Source: Octopus vulgaris (taxonomy: Eukaryota). From it: DNA of 64,000 bases. Shown here piece after piece: positions 27,321 through 40,173 of the stretch. The first letter of the stretch is position 1, and every line of letters starts with the position of its first letter. Under the pieces are notes generated by a model. The model ran no database searches. It was not told the DNA's origin and saw only the letters and a list, made by a program, of their open reading frames with translations. The stretch lies in assembly GCA_951406725.2 (NCBI GenBank), contig OX597837.1:4836001-4900000 (forward strand). Reading direction: 5' to 3'. Both the position numbers and the translations under genes were made by a program.

Positions 27321-28134
27321 AACCACCAAACCTCCTTTGAATTATATTTTAATTCTTGAAAAAGAATGGCGGTACATAATGAAGTCCATGACAGGATGTC
27401 ACCTGCCCGAACGCTTTTGATATGAAACATTGACCAAGGTTAATCAATCATATTACCAACATGCTTTGTAATCATATTTCAGGTTTGAGTCTTGGTCTCT
27501 ATATAGCCGCTCAATTAACTAAAAGTAGCAACTAAATCTACCTTATGCTATATCTTACCTTCTTAAAAGGGAGGACACATTAGATAATGTTATCGTAAAT
27601 ACATAGTATCAAAAAATCTAAAACATGGGATGGCCAATTCTGGAATGTCACTGACAATATGTCTGCTCAATCAAGGCTGTTGCGGGAATAAGCAACAAAA
27701 TCACTACAGTAACAAAAACAGCAACAAAAGCAAAAATAACACCGACTCCGACGAATATACCAGCAATTATATTAGCAGCTCGCATTGTGGGTAAGGAAGT
27801 CTTCGAGAAATACGTTATCGAAATATAGCCAAAATCTAGCAATCTTTAGATATAGTCTGGCTGAATAAACCGTCAGGCGAAACGTCAAGTCTCAGTCGAT
27901 ATGTATCTTGTGCTCACTTCGGCTCAGTTTTTTGTAATGAATCTCTCAAACTGTAAAACATTCTATTGTTTTAAGATAATAACCTTTAAAATAATAATCA
28001 TAATCTAATATATAAAGCACACTTTCATATATATTTTTTCCTTTCAAATAATACCTAAATCCGTACCAGTATCATTCACTAATGTACGGATATAGAATTA
28101 GCAGAATATTTTAAATATTTCCACCATTTCGTTG

Positions 28135-28186
<52 letters not shown>

Positions 28187-29212
28187 CATTATTATTATCA
28201 TCATCATCATCATCATCATCATTATCATTATTATTATTAGTATCATCAGTTTAACCTTCAGAATACTCTTTTTTTCTTTCTTTCTTTCTTTCATTCTTTC
28301 TCTATTTTTCTTCTTTCGAATTCTGCATTCATGAGCTTTTGCTCCTACTTATTGCATTAACACTTGTATATTTGTCTCTTTTGTATTGTTTATTTTTGAG
28401 TGGGAGCAGATTAAACAAAGTAGGTTATTTCCCTTTATTTTACAAATTTATTTTTACCTTATATAGAACTATACTTTTTTTTCCTGCTCATGTTGGTATT
28501 TATTCTATCAATACTTTTATCATTTCTTTGCGTGTTAAATATCTTTTGATGTTATTTTTATTATTCTTCTCCATAATTCCTCCTCACATGACGGTATAGT
28601 TATTAGTGTTTTTGTTTACGTTTTTGTTTACGTTGACTGATTTATATTTTTTTATTGATCTCAATACCAGTTCTTTCGCTATAATTTCAGGTGATGTGTA
28701 AATTAGGTGATTTATAGAGATTTGTATTTATTTCATTTACTTGCTGCTTCATAATTATTGTTTCTAGTACATCGTTAGCTTGTGTAAATAATGCATGACT
28801 GTAGAGAGAGAGTGGGGAGAGAGGAAAAATTACAATGGGAAGATACTTAAGGGTGCCTGCTGCATGAAGAACGAGTAGTAAAGTATGAGCTAACAGTCTT
28901 GTTTAACTAATACTTTGCTTCTTTACACTGTGACTTGAATGAATTATATGGATGATTATTTAGAGGCTAAGTGTTACTTAGTTCACAATTTCATGCTATG
29001 AAATTGGATTAAAAATTCCTTCTTGCCTTGATTTCAAATCTTCTACAGAAACATGTCTGGTTGTATGGAATAATTCTATTTATGAGGAAACTGGTGGGAG
29101 TTGGAGACAAAAGGGCATCTGGCTATAGAAAATCTACCTCAATAAACTCCATCCAATCCATACAGACATGGAAAAATGGACGTTAACAAAATGATACATG
29201 TGTGTGTGTGTG

Positions 29213-29251
<39 letters not shown>

Positions 29252-29368
29252 CAAAATGGGACAGGAACGCAAAACATTCGAATAGCCAACACAAAAAACG
29301 GACGGGTTATTCGAAGCCTCTAATCTTCAGTCAAGAACCGGATCATCCTCGCAATTTCGGCTGATTAA

Positions 29369-29438
<70 letters not shown>

Positions 29439-30729
29439 GTGTGTCCTATGTCCTTTTTATCCCCCCAACAATGCTCGGCAACTGGTGTTGGTTTGTTTAC
29501 GTCTCAACTTAGTGATTCAGAAAAAGCAGAGACCAACAGATTAAGTACCAGGCTTTAAAAAGAAAAAAAAACGGGTACTGGGGTGGATTTGTTCGACTGG
29601 AACCACCCAAGGCAAGTGCCCCAGTATGGGCGCAGTCCAATGACAAACATGAAAAAAGACAGACGCACACGATATATGATTCATGCGTAGATTAAGCAGC
29701 AAACCTACGATGGCAAGTCTCTCCAGCCATGGCTATCACGTCCTTATATCAAACGCATCTATTTCTTAACGTGGTTAAGAGTAACTAGAACTGAATTGAC
29801 GTCTGTTTCTCCCAATGGTGCTAATATTTCAGGGGAGGCTACTCTGGCATTCTTCATTAGAGTTATCGCCCTGTACAAAATATTTTCAACTGATTGGCGT
29901 GGAAATCCACAAATACCTTGTGGTGTTTGCTTACAATCCCTTACGATCCGGTTTCAAATGCAGCCGAGGTTTCTATTCCATTACCAGTTTTCTACAAACA
30001 ATCTATGAATGTCATAACAGCATGGGAAGTGAATGATATCCATTTATCGTGTTGTCTTAGCTGTTTCAGTCATTGGACAGTGGCCACGCTGGGGCACCAC
30101 CATGAGACAGTTTTTTAACCAAACAAAAAAAAAAAAAATCGATCCCTGTGCTTACGTTTTATTAAATCTGGTTCTTATTCTGTCATTTACTCTGGCCGAA
30201 CTGCTAAGTTACCGAGATGTGGCACGTAAAAAGCACCCACTCTCGGAGTGGTTGGCGTTAGGAAGGGCATCCAGCTGTAGAAACTCTGCCAGATCAAGAT
30301 TGGAGCCTGGTGCAACCATCTGGTTCGCCAGCCCTCAGTCAATATCGTCCAACCCATGCTAGCATGGAAAGCGGACGTGATGATGATGATAAGTTATCTA
30401 TTCTACTTGTTAGGTCTGAGGGAAAATGACAGTACCCCATGGCCTTTGCAGACCATCAGAGACTGGTCAGACAGATGCTATTAAGATTCCATGTGGACCT
30501 TTGTTAAGTTAACACCTGCAGAAAAGATGTGAGCAGTAATGGGAGGGATTCCATGGAGTATAATTGGCAGGGATTGCCTTCCCCTCTAAATATTACCCTA
30601 CTGCATTCAGAATACAGTAATCCCACGACTGTCATGGGTGTTACACTCCAAAACCATCCTGTGATAGGCGAAAATCCATGAAGTAGAAACAGTACTGTAC
30701 TTTATATTTCTTTTATTCAGTTCTATATT

Positions 30730-31131
30730 TAAGAGATGAGGAATTATGTACATTGTTTACATTATTTACATTTGACGAATATTTGTCCTCATCTTGTTTG
30801 TTGTTAACAACAATTCTGCTGATGAACCCTCCAGCCTTCATCAGGTGTCTTGGGGAAATTTCGAACCTGGGTTCTCATTCCTAAGGTATTTTTCGATGTT
30901 GTTATTAATATTATTATTATTAAGGTCACTGCCTGGAATAAAACTCGGAATCATGGGATTAGTAGCCCATGCTCTTAAATACTATACCATATGCCCACGG
31001 GCATATGGTATAGTGGTTAAGAGAGTGGGCTACTAACCCCAACCCAGGATTCCGAGTTCAATTCGAGGCAGTACCTCAATAATAATGACATCGAAAAATA
31101 CCTTAGGAATAAGAACCCAGGTTCGAAATTT
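30730..31131. mobile_element. tRNA-headed, hammerhead-tailed element in head-to-head palindromic arrangement
   Basis: Imperfect inverted arms 30856-30996 and 30999-31131; head with A-box TGGTATAGTGG and B-box GAGTTCAATTC; left extension matches the 47330-47465 hammerhead-bearing repeat. Confidence 0.65.
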
Positions 31132-31846
31132 AACACAGCTGGATGCCCTTCCTCATGGAGTGGTTGGTGTCAGGAAGGGCATCCAGCTGTAGAAACACTG
31201 CCAGATCAGACTGGAGCCTGGTGCAGCCTTGTGGATTCCCAGACCCCGGTCGAACCGTCCAACCCATGCTAGCATGGAAAACGGATATTAAACGATCGTG
31301 ATGATGATGATGAAATTTTAACAACAAAATCTTTTATGGACCCCGCAAGGGCCATATTGATCTCATTTAGGAACCACTGCTTTACATGGATGTTCACCTG
31401 ATAGAAATAGTAGCTGAAATCTTTCAAATCACTCTGACATTTAAATTAAAAAAAAAAAAGGAAGTACATATTCGATGATGTACTTTGACAATAACTACAT
31501 CCCAGATGACAGGATTGTCATATATGGAATGTCTCTATGACAGTAGCTTGGCAAAAAAAGGACTTGTCAACCACTCCAAAACACAAACAAATGAGGTCAG
31601 GGTCATCAAAATTTGGTCAGAGCTGACCACTTATTTAGGGTTACACCATGGAGTGGTTGGCATTAGGAAGGGCATCCAGCTGTAGAAACACTGCCAGATC
31701 TGACTGGAGCCTGGTGCAGCCTCCTGGCTTCCCAGACCCCAGTTGAACCGTCCAACCCATGCTAGCATGGAAAACGGACGTTGGACAATGATGACGACAA
31801 CAGAGTGAGGGGCTTAAAAAACGGGGTACTTTTTAAATGGTCTTAC

Positions 31847-32047
31847 CTTCAAACATATGTACACTTGCTTCAGGAGAGTCTCGCATCGCATCCATGAAAA
31901 TATTAGGAAGAAATTTGGCTAGAATAATCCGCACCTTAGGGCCGACTAATTTATCGCTCAACATTTTTGCAAATAATTCCGAGGTTTTCTCTCGGACCAA
32001 CGGATTCACCGAATTGCAAAACAGGTCCAATAAATATACAAGGGCTC
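31847..32047 (-). CDS. DNAJC13: DNAJC13 exon
   Basis: [40 protein letters not shown]...[15 protein letters not shown]; AG/GT; ends in phase 1. Confidence 0.95.
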
Positions 32048-32343
32048 CTGAAAAAAGGATATTTTTATGTTAAATACAAATTGTAATCCAATCACAGACA
32101 AAAAGATAAGGGATTTATTACCAATTTGAAATTTCCAAAGGAGAGAAATAATAATAAGGAGTGTAATTTGGTTAGGAATGCAGTAACGAATGAGTTAATA
32201 CATAAAAATCCTTTTCTCCCAGCATATGTGCTGCTGAAATTGGGCAGGGTGCACCTAAATTAAATAGCCCATGTGTCTTTTATGCCATCAAAAAATGGCA
32301 TTTTGGAAATGGTGAAACGTAAATATAAAGCTTGTGTACAAAC

Positions 32344-32418
32344 CTTTCGATAAAGCTTCTTTCACAATTTTCGTGTTTGACATCAAAGCAAACAAACTTT
32401 CTAATATCAGCAGATGAC
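32344..32418 (-). CDS. DNAJC13: DNAJC13 exon
   Basis: CHLLILESLFALMSNTKIVKEALSK; AG/GT. Confidence 0.92.
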
Positions 32419-33105
32419 CTGAAGAACACAAAATTAAGAAAGTTAAGGAGCTAACTATGTAACCGCATGGTTTCAGGTTCAAGTCATCCCATAAATAATG
32501 CAGTTTTTTTTTTTCAATTGCATGAACTAAAAGTTGGAAGGGAACAGGATAAACTACCTGCAGCAACATGCTATACAAGCAGGTAGTAATTTTATCTTGA
32601 ACTTATTCATAGTGCAAGTTTTGAAGAGTGCAACTCGAGTTTAACAGATATTTTTTCAAAGCTATAATGGAAGTGACAAAGGAGTATATTCGGCATAATC
32701 AAGGTGGTGCCCCAGCATGGCCACAGTCTAATGACTGAGGCAAGTAAAAGATAAAAAATAAGAGAGGGTTTAGTTTTGTATTTTTAATGTAAAAGGGATT
32801 AAATAATTTCTTTTTTTAAATTTTTTTTGTAATGTAAATGAAGGTTAATGCTTTTCTTATTTAATCTAAGGAAGGATTAGCTAGGCTTCTATTTTTAGAA
32901 GATGAATAAAGTGGAGGGATTAGATCCTATGCTGCCATTAGGCAATAATGGTTTCTAAAAATAAAAGTGGGTGGGGTTACAAGACCAGAAATTTGAAGGA
33001 GGAAGGATGAACAGTTGATATCATTGACCCCCAGCATATGACTAGTACATTTAAACTCTAAGAAGATGGTGGGCTGAAGCTGAGTTGAGGAAATAATGAG
33101 CTTAC

Positions 33106-33205
33106 ATTGAGGTAATCCCTGAATGGCAAGTAAGAGATAGGAGAGGATCTCAGAAGCTGCAATATCATTCACACATTCCTGGTTGGAAGTCACACTGTTG
33201 ATCAC
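33106..33205 (-). CDS. DNAJC13: DNAJC13 exon
   Basis: VINSVTSNQECVNDIAASEILSYLLLAIQGLPQ; AG/GT. Confidence 0.93.
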
Positions 33206-33242
33206 CTGTATGGAAAAAGAAAAAAAAAATGATAATAATAAT

Positions 33243-33342
33243 NNNNNNNNNNNNNNNNNNNNNNNNNNNNNNNNNNNNNNNNNNNNNNNNNNNNNNNNNN
33301 NNNNNNNNNNNNNNNNNNNNNNNNNNNNNNNNNNNNNNNNNN
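33243..33342. other. Assembly gap (100 N)
   Basis: Run of N within a DNAJC13 intron. Confidence 1.
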
Positions 33343-33444
33343 AATAATTAAGTGGAATGATCCTGGATGTTAAAAGTCTGACACAGATGTTTCCTGATAA
33401 ACATACATGAAATATAAATATGAAGAGCTCTGCTCCAGACTGAC

Positions 33445-33536
33445 CTCAAGTGTACACTGCTGTAGTTTAGCACAGTTCTCAAGTCGCAGCAGGGAGAACA
33501 ACAATTTAAAATGTCCAATACACTGAATTTCAACAC
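33445..33536 (-). CDS. DNAJC13: DNAJC13 exon
   Basis: GVEIQCIGHFKLLFSLLRLENCAKLQQCTLE; AG/GT. Confidence 0.93.
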
Positions 33537-34517
33537 CTGAAATAGAAAAGGATGGAAAAAGAAAAGGATGAAAATCGGTCATTTTAGTTTCAAGATATTT
33601 TACAGAAAAAAAAGAAAAAAATTAATTTCCTGGTCGCGGAGGTAAGGTCTTTGTATGCCGTGTTAACAACACAGATCTGTCTCAGAAAAGTTTCTCCTCA
33701 AGATCTAAGATGCAGGTCTTTTATTTGTTGTTATTTCTTGTTGTTTGCATTCGTAATTCTGTACACATTTGCTAGCTTTCTTACAAAGGGGTCTAATGCT
33801 CTTAGCTTAGATTTTTTTGGGGACAACCAGATCAAACCATCTCAAGTGTAACTGTCCGAAATGGTCATGACTTCTGGTACTTGCTTCTTTCAGTTTCCTT
33901 CCACCAAATCCACTCGCAAAGCTTTGGTCAGTCTAAGGCAATAACAGAATGCCTTTGCCCAAGGTACCACACAGTAGGACTGAACCCAGACCCATGTGGT
34001 TGGGAAGCAAACTTCTTATCACAGCCACTTCTGCATATACATAAACATATATATAACTTTGACAAGCTTCGGCACAGTTTCCTCCCATCAAATCCACTCG
34101 CAAGGCTTTGGTCAGCCTGAGGCAATAACAGAATACACTTGCCCAAGGTACCACGCAGTAGGACTGAACCCGGAACCATGTGGTTAGGGAGCAAACTTCT
34201 TACTACAGTCACTTTTGCATATACATAAATAAATAAATATACCTTTGATAAGCTTCGGCACAGTTTCCGTCAACCAAATTCCACTTCACAGACTTATCAA
34301 GCATTGATCAATTACAAGGATATGATAGAATAGATTTGCCCTAGGTACCGCACAGAGGAATTGAACCCAGGACCTACATGGTTACAAAACAAACCTCTTG
34401 GCCACAGTCATAACACATTCCGATCATCAGAGACCAAAACTCAGAAACGAATCAAAACAAAACTTTAAGTCTAAGGACAAACAATGCAGGAATGGAATTA
34501 TCTTCATCTCTACTAAC

Positions 34518-34650
34518 CAGGATTATTTTTTATCACATTTCTCAAAGCTTCCAGGGCCATTTCAACATTCTTTAATCGGTCACTCGTACTTCCCTGTCCA
34601 CTGCCAAAGTTACGGTTTTGTTGCTGAAGAGCCATCAAAGAGTACAGATA
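34518..34650 (-). CDS. DNAJC13: DNAJC13 exon
   Basis: YLYSLMALQQQNRNFGSGQGSTSDRLKNVEMALEALRNVIKNNP; AG/GT. Confidence 0.93.
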
Positions 34651-34726
34651 CTGAAAAAAAACAAAACCATTGAAATGGTATTAAACATTGGAAAACACAA
34701 CTGCAGCATATGTTAGTTATGTAAAT

Positions 34727-35036
34727 TATTGTTGTTATTATTATTATTATTGTTGTTGTTGTTGTTGCTGTTGTTATTATTATTATTATTATTGTTGTTG
34801 TTGTTGTTGTTATTATTATTATTGTTGTTGTTATTATTATTATTATTATTGTTGTTGTTGCTGTTGTTATTATTATTATTGTTGTTGTTGTTGCTGTTAT
34901 TATTATTATTGTTGTTGTTGTTGCTGTTATTATTGTTATTATTATTATTATTGTTGTTGTTGTTGTTGCTGTTATTATTATTGTTGTTATTATTATTATT
35001 ATTATTGTTATTATTGTTATTATTATTATTATTATT
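34727..35036. repeat. (TTA/TTG)n trinucleotide tract
   Basis: Directly visible; source of the poly-Leu ORF. Confidence 0.97.
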
Positions 35037-35039
35037 CAG

Positions 35040-35335
35040 TAGTTTTATTTTTATAGCGTGCTTTCACTTCACTACCGAGCGCAGCTCTGTGTGCCTTGGG
35101 TATGTGCTGTGATTTGTTGTGATGCTCTGATGGTTACTGTATGGAAAGTGTTCTGCGTAGGATGTGTGCAGTGCCCAGTAGTGCAATTTTCTGTATGTTG
35201 TATATAGTTATAAGTCCTGGTGTTTTTGTTATGTATTTGTCTGAATATTTTTTTATCATACCTAATGCATCTACTGTGATAGGAATTGTTTCTGCTTTTA
35301 GATTCCACATTCAAGTTACTTCTATTTCCAGGTCT
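35040..35335 (-). mobile_element. R4/Dong-clade non-LTR retrotransposon 3' end in a (TAA)n tract
   Basis: DLEIEVT*MWNLKAETIPITVDALGMI...IQKIALLGTAHILRRTLS (restriction-like endonuclease C-terminus); embedded in TAA/CAA repeats. Confidence 0.8.
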
Positions 35336-35962
35336 TATTATTATTATTATTATTATTATTATCATTATTATTATTACTATTATTATTGAGTGAGAGAGCA
35401 GTGCATGTCATCAAAGTGACACTGGGGTAAAATATATGAAGCCCAGTATACCCATCATGGCTACCCGCCTGATAAGGGTACATCAGCCACATGCATCACA
35501 ACCATATGTGCCCGATATAGTGATCTCATATCAAGATAAATAGCGCATGACATTGCAGGTAGGGATCCAGTTAGAATTTTCTTCAGGTCGAGTAGCCCAT
35601 CCCGCTCAAAAGGTACCTGAATAAGGGTTGTTTAAGGATGTTGAACAAAGCACCTATGTTTCCAGATGTGACTTATCCAAACCCCAAAGAATTCCTCTGA
35701 ACACATGGCTATGATGCTCCCCAACTACTTCTGCTCGTGAGATCAGAAGTAAGGGACATGCTCAATTAGTTGTGGTCAAACAATTGACAAGTAAATCTGT
35801 GGTATTGAGCAGAATATCTGTTGTAGCCCATCTTATATAGAAATCCTTTGCCCAAGGCGCCACATAGGGGTTGAGAAGCAAACTTTTTACTGTGCAGCCA
35901 TACCTGGCTGTTATAATAACAGGTGATTATAAGAAAATACATAAAAATAATAATATATTTAC

Positions 35963-36016
35963 CTGAGCTTCAGAACCAAGGAAGTCTAAAAGGTCAATTG
36001 TAAAACCTTTGGGGTT
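35963..36016 (-). CDS. DNAJC13: DNAJC13 exon
   Basis: NPKGFTIDLLDFLGSEAQ; AG/GT; 54 nt. Confidence 0.9.
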
Positions 36017-36239
36017 CTGGAAAAAGAAAAGAAAGAATTAATCTAAAGGTCAGATCATGTATGTGTATATATATGTGTGTGTGTGTGTGATGAAAGGCAA
36101 AGTCGACCTCAGCGGAATTTGAACTCAGAATACTCAGATGGGCAAAATGCCGTTCAGCATTTTGTTCGGTGTGCTAATAGTTCCGGCAGCTCACCGACCT
36201 AATCCTTTATATTACAGCTAGTCGATTATGTCAACTAGC

Positions 36240-36730
36240 TATATGATATGCATAAGATCTGGTCATCAAATCTAAGTAGAGATTTCAAACTTAAAATCTT
36301 CAAAGCCACAGTGGAACCAATTCTACTATATGGCTCAGAAACCTGGACATTATTAAAGAAGCTTGAGAAGCGGTTGGATGGAACCTACACTCGCCTCCTT
36401 ATGAGAGCTCAAAATCTCTCGTGGAAGCGTCATCCAACCAAAGTACAAATATATGGGAAACTACCACCTGTATCATCTCTTGTGAAAGGTAGAAGAGTCC
36501 AGTTTGTTGGACATTGTTGTAGAGCTGAAAATGAGGCAATTTCTACTCTTCTCCTCTAGAAGCCATCTACTCACAATACCAGAGGGTGCACACTCTCCTA
36601 CTCTGATGTAAACTCCAGGGATACAGGCATCCAGCAACAAGACCTCCGTAATGCTATGATGGACCGTGAAGTCTGGCGTAGCATAGTAAATTCTGTTGTC
36701 TCGACCACGGACTAACAATGATGATGATGC
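36240..36730 (+). mobile_element. RTE-clade LINE 3' fragment
   Basis: KATVEPILLYGSETWTL...VGHCCR region; ends in (TGA)n tail. Confidence 0.85.
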
Positions 36731-37168
36731 TGATTATGTCAACCCTTAGTGTTTGACTAGTAATTTGAACTCAGAACGTAAAGCTAGACAAAACGCTGTT
36801 AAGCATTTTGCCCGGTGTGCTAACGATTCTGCCAGCTCATTATCTTAATAACAATATCATATTTGTAAGGTATACTAGCCATCTCAATATGGCTAACCAC
36901 TAAGGGTGGGTGTTACTGTAGCTTGCAGACAGTTTTTCAAAATCAGTGACGAAAAGTTACAGGAAAAACGATATATAATGATTTGCAAACGGACTCCCTT
37001 CATCGAAAACCAGTGATTGCCGTACGCTGAAGACAGGCAAATACCTAGAAACTGCAGTCTGTGCGTATCACTTAGGTTGACAAGGGAAGGGTGACCTCCC
37101 TTCGCAAATACCATAAGGGCATTGTCATGCAGTTACTGTTTACATCTCGTTCAGAGATTTATTATTAA

Positions 37169-37536
37169 CTAGCAGTATCGCCCGGCGTTGCTCGGATTTG
37201 TAAGGGAAATAACTATATAAGCATTTTTAGAGAGTTACTTCCCTTATATAAACCGAGCAAAAAATGCATAAAAAAACGAAAATCATCATCATCATCGTTT
37301 AGCGTCCGTTTAAACGATGATGATGATGATTTTCGCTTATATAAATTATGATGGTAAATTTTTGTTTAAATCGTAGACTCATCGTAGACGCGCGCTAATA
37401 CCCAGAAGGGCTCGATATGAATCATGACTATAAGATACCCGCTTTTGGTTAAACTGCACTGCAAAATGTGGGAGTAGTTATGAATCTAAATCGGAGGAGA
37501 CAGACTCTCACAAAACATCAGTTTTATATATAAAGA
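37169..37536 (-). mobile_element. Non-autonomous Helitron-like element (same 3' end, different 5' body)
   Basis: Reverse complement starts TCTTTATATATAA and ends CCGAGCAACGCCGGGCGATACTGCTAG. Confidence 0.7.
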
Positions 37537-37621
37537 TATCATATTTGATGCAGCTCTTTTTTTTTTTTAATAAAAAAAAATATGGAGGAGAGGTACACAT
37601 GAGATTTGAAACTGCACGTAC

Positions 37622-37738
37622 CTCAAGTACAAAAGCGGGCTGCTCATTGTAGACACGCACAAAGATTTCGCCAACAACCAGTTCCTTCTCATGATCCTTG
37701 AATACAAACTTAGCACCATAGTCAGGATCACAATCTCC
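37622..37738 (-). CDS. DNAJC13: DNAJC13 exon
   Basis: [39 protein letters not shown]; AG/GT. Confidence 0.94.
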
Positions 37739-37906
37739 CTGGAAGAAATGAGAAATTCAGACATTTAGCGTTTTTTTTCTGTAACACACCATACCAGCAC
37801 ACATACCATCACAACCACTCTTACTACTACTACTACTACCAACACCACCACCATTACTACTACTACCGACAACCACCACCATTACTACTACTACTACAAT
37901 CACTAT

Positions 37907-37938
<32 letters not shown>

Positions 37939-38464
37939 TCACCACCACCATTACTACTACTACTACAATCACTATTTCTACTACTACTACCATCACCACA
38001 CACTACTACTACTACTACTACTACCACCATCACCACCACTACTACTACTCCCACCACCACAGTCACCACCAATAGAGTGGTAACTAAATATCACTGCCTG
38101 CTTCCCCCACCAACCTCCAAAACCTTGTATAGGACCAAGAGCTGTGCCTTGACTCCATTCGATAGGCCTTGAATTATATCCATTTGGTCATTACAAGATC
38201 TACAGTGATAGTCACTGGGGTTCACTGTATTTATAATAAGAACACAAGGGATTGTCCATATAATTTGGGAGGAAGAACTGCCTCAGGGTGTTTACGGAAG
38301 TGGTGGGAATATTCTGGTTTACCAGTTTGTCTTTGGGGCTATATTTTTTTGTGGTTATACATCAACAACACATATATACACATAGTCACAATGGGCTTCT
38401 ACATCATTTCCAGTGACCAAACTTCGCTCCCCCAGACAATTTGAAGTAATAAACACAAATTTAA

Positions 38465-38685
38465 CCCTTTAGTGTTCACATTATTCTGCCAAAATTAATG
38501 CTTCTTCATCCACATTGTTTTGAACTAATCGTGCATTATCTTGTAGCTATGAGATTTTGATGAGGTAGCTGTTCATTTTTAAAACGATATTGTAGGGTTG
38601 GTGTGAGAGGCCAGATCTGGCCTGTTTGAACATAAAACAGGCAGAATACTTTTGGCCGGATACGGCCGGTTTAAATGCTAAAGGG
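38465..38685. mobile_element. piggyBac-like MITE
   Basis: TTAA|CCCTTTAG...CTAAAGGG|TTAA; related copies near 55560-56110 and 60180-60380. Confidence 0.75.
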
Positions 38686-38929
38686 TTAAGGAGTTAATGG
38701 AATAACACCAGATCCACCTGACCAACACTACACCTGCCCAGCTGACGCTGTACCCACCTGGTCAATCCTCCACACTTGCCTGGCCAATGCTACATTCACC
38801 CAGCCAATGGTACATCCACCTGATCAACCCCACACCTGCCTGACCGATTGTACACCAGCAGGCCAACGCCACAGCTGCTAGGTCAATGCTGTACCCACTT
38901 AGTCAACCCCACACCTGCCAGGCTAACAT

Positions 38930-39135
38930 CGCCAACACCCAGTCAATACCACACCCACTCAACCAGTCATACCCACCCAACCAATGCCACACCTACCTCA
39001 CCAATGCCACACCCACCCAACCAATGCCATGCCCACCCAACCAATGCCACACCCACCCAACCAATGCCATGCCCACTCAACCAATGTCACGCCCACTCAA
39101 CCAATGTCACACCCACCCAACCAATGCCACGCCCA
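38930..39135. repeat. ~20-bp minisatellite CCAATGCCACACCCACCCAA
   Basis: About 9 degenerate tandem units. Confidence 0.85.
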
Positions 39136-39249
39136 TCCAGACCCCTATCACAGATAAACCAAGCAACACAATCAGAGAATGAAAATAACAAAGTTCATAA
39201 CATAGGCATGGTAATGTGTGAGACTGACAGACAGTCAGGCAAGCAGATG

Positions 39250-39299
<50 letters not shown>

Positions 39300-40136
39300 G
39301 AGATACATATATCAAAACAAAAAGTGAGAAAGACAGACAGAAGACGAGACAGAGACAGACATAGAGAGGGGGGAGGGAGAGAATGAGAGATAAAATGAGA
39401 CAGACAGACAGGAGACACACAAGCAAAGGAAAGAGAGACAGAGAGACAGATAGAGACAAGCATATAGATAGACAGACAGCAAAAAACACACAAGAATGAG
39501 AGAGAAAGAGAGAGTAAAACGCTAATAGACTCTACACGCCAGGTGATGTATTAACGAGTCAACAGATGAGGTGTGTAAATAGAATGCAAAGTTGCTCTTT
39601 TCGAGACCAGATGACATCACATCTGGCCCAGGACCTTTTGTTTTAAAAGATCCACCTTCCAATTAAAACCTTCCACCATATATATTAAGAGCATTTCACT
39701 TAATTTTGCTTGAAACACTAATTAAATTAACGACAAAGTTATTTCACAAGAAATCCTTAATAATTTTGTATAATTTTCAAAAAAAGTACTTGCAACACAG
39801 AAACAGTAGTTTTTCATTGAAGTGTCACACCACATGATTAGCAAACTTCTTACCACCCAGCTATATATGTATCCACATGATTACACGACTGACCAGGCTA
39901 TCAGATATCATTACACATCGCTGGTCACAATGCACTTTTGTATTGTTTTAGCCTTCAAATAACGCCACCCCGTTGGCTAGGCAAGCATGTCAACAATCCC
40001 CACTGATCGGGGAGGGGGGTAGAGCAATGTGAAATGAAGAGTTTTGCTCAAGAACACAAGCACCGCCCAGTCAAGGAATTGAACTCACAATCTAGCAATA
40101 GTGAGTCTAACTGCCTAACCACTTTGCCACATGCCT

Positions 40137-40173
<37 letters not shown>

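Noticed and set aside
29271-29370. Possible additional hammerhead (CUGAAGA and GAAA on the minus strand)
   Set aside because: Could not assemble consistent stems or motif order
30999-31070. Possible tRNA gene
   Set aside because: Has A/B boxes but no proper acceptor stem, and it continues into repeat body, so it is a SINE-like head
34688-35112. Poly-Leu and poly-Cys/Tyr ORFs
   Set aside because: Trinucleotide microsatellite in an intron
38848-39327. Pro/Thr-rich mucin-like ORF
   Set aside because: Arises from a 20-bp minisatellite antisense within an intron
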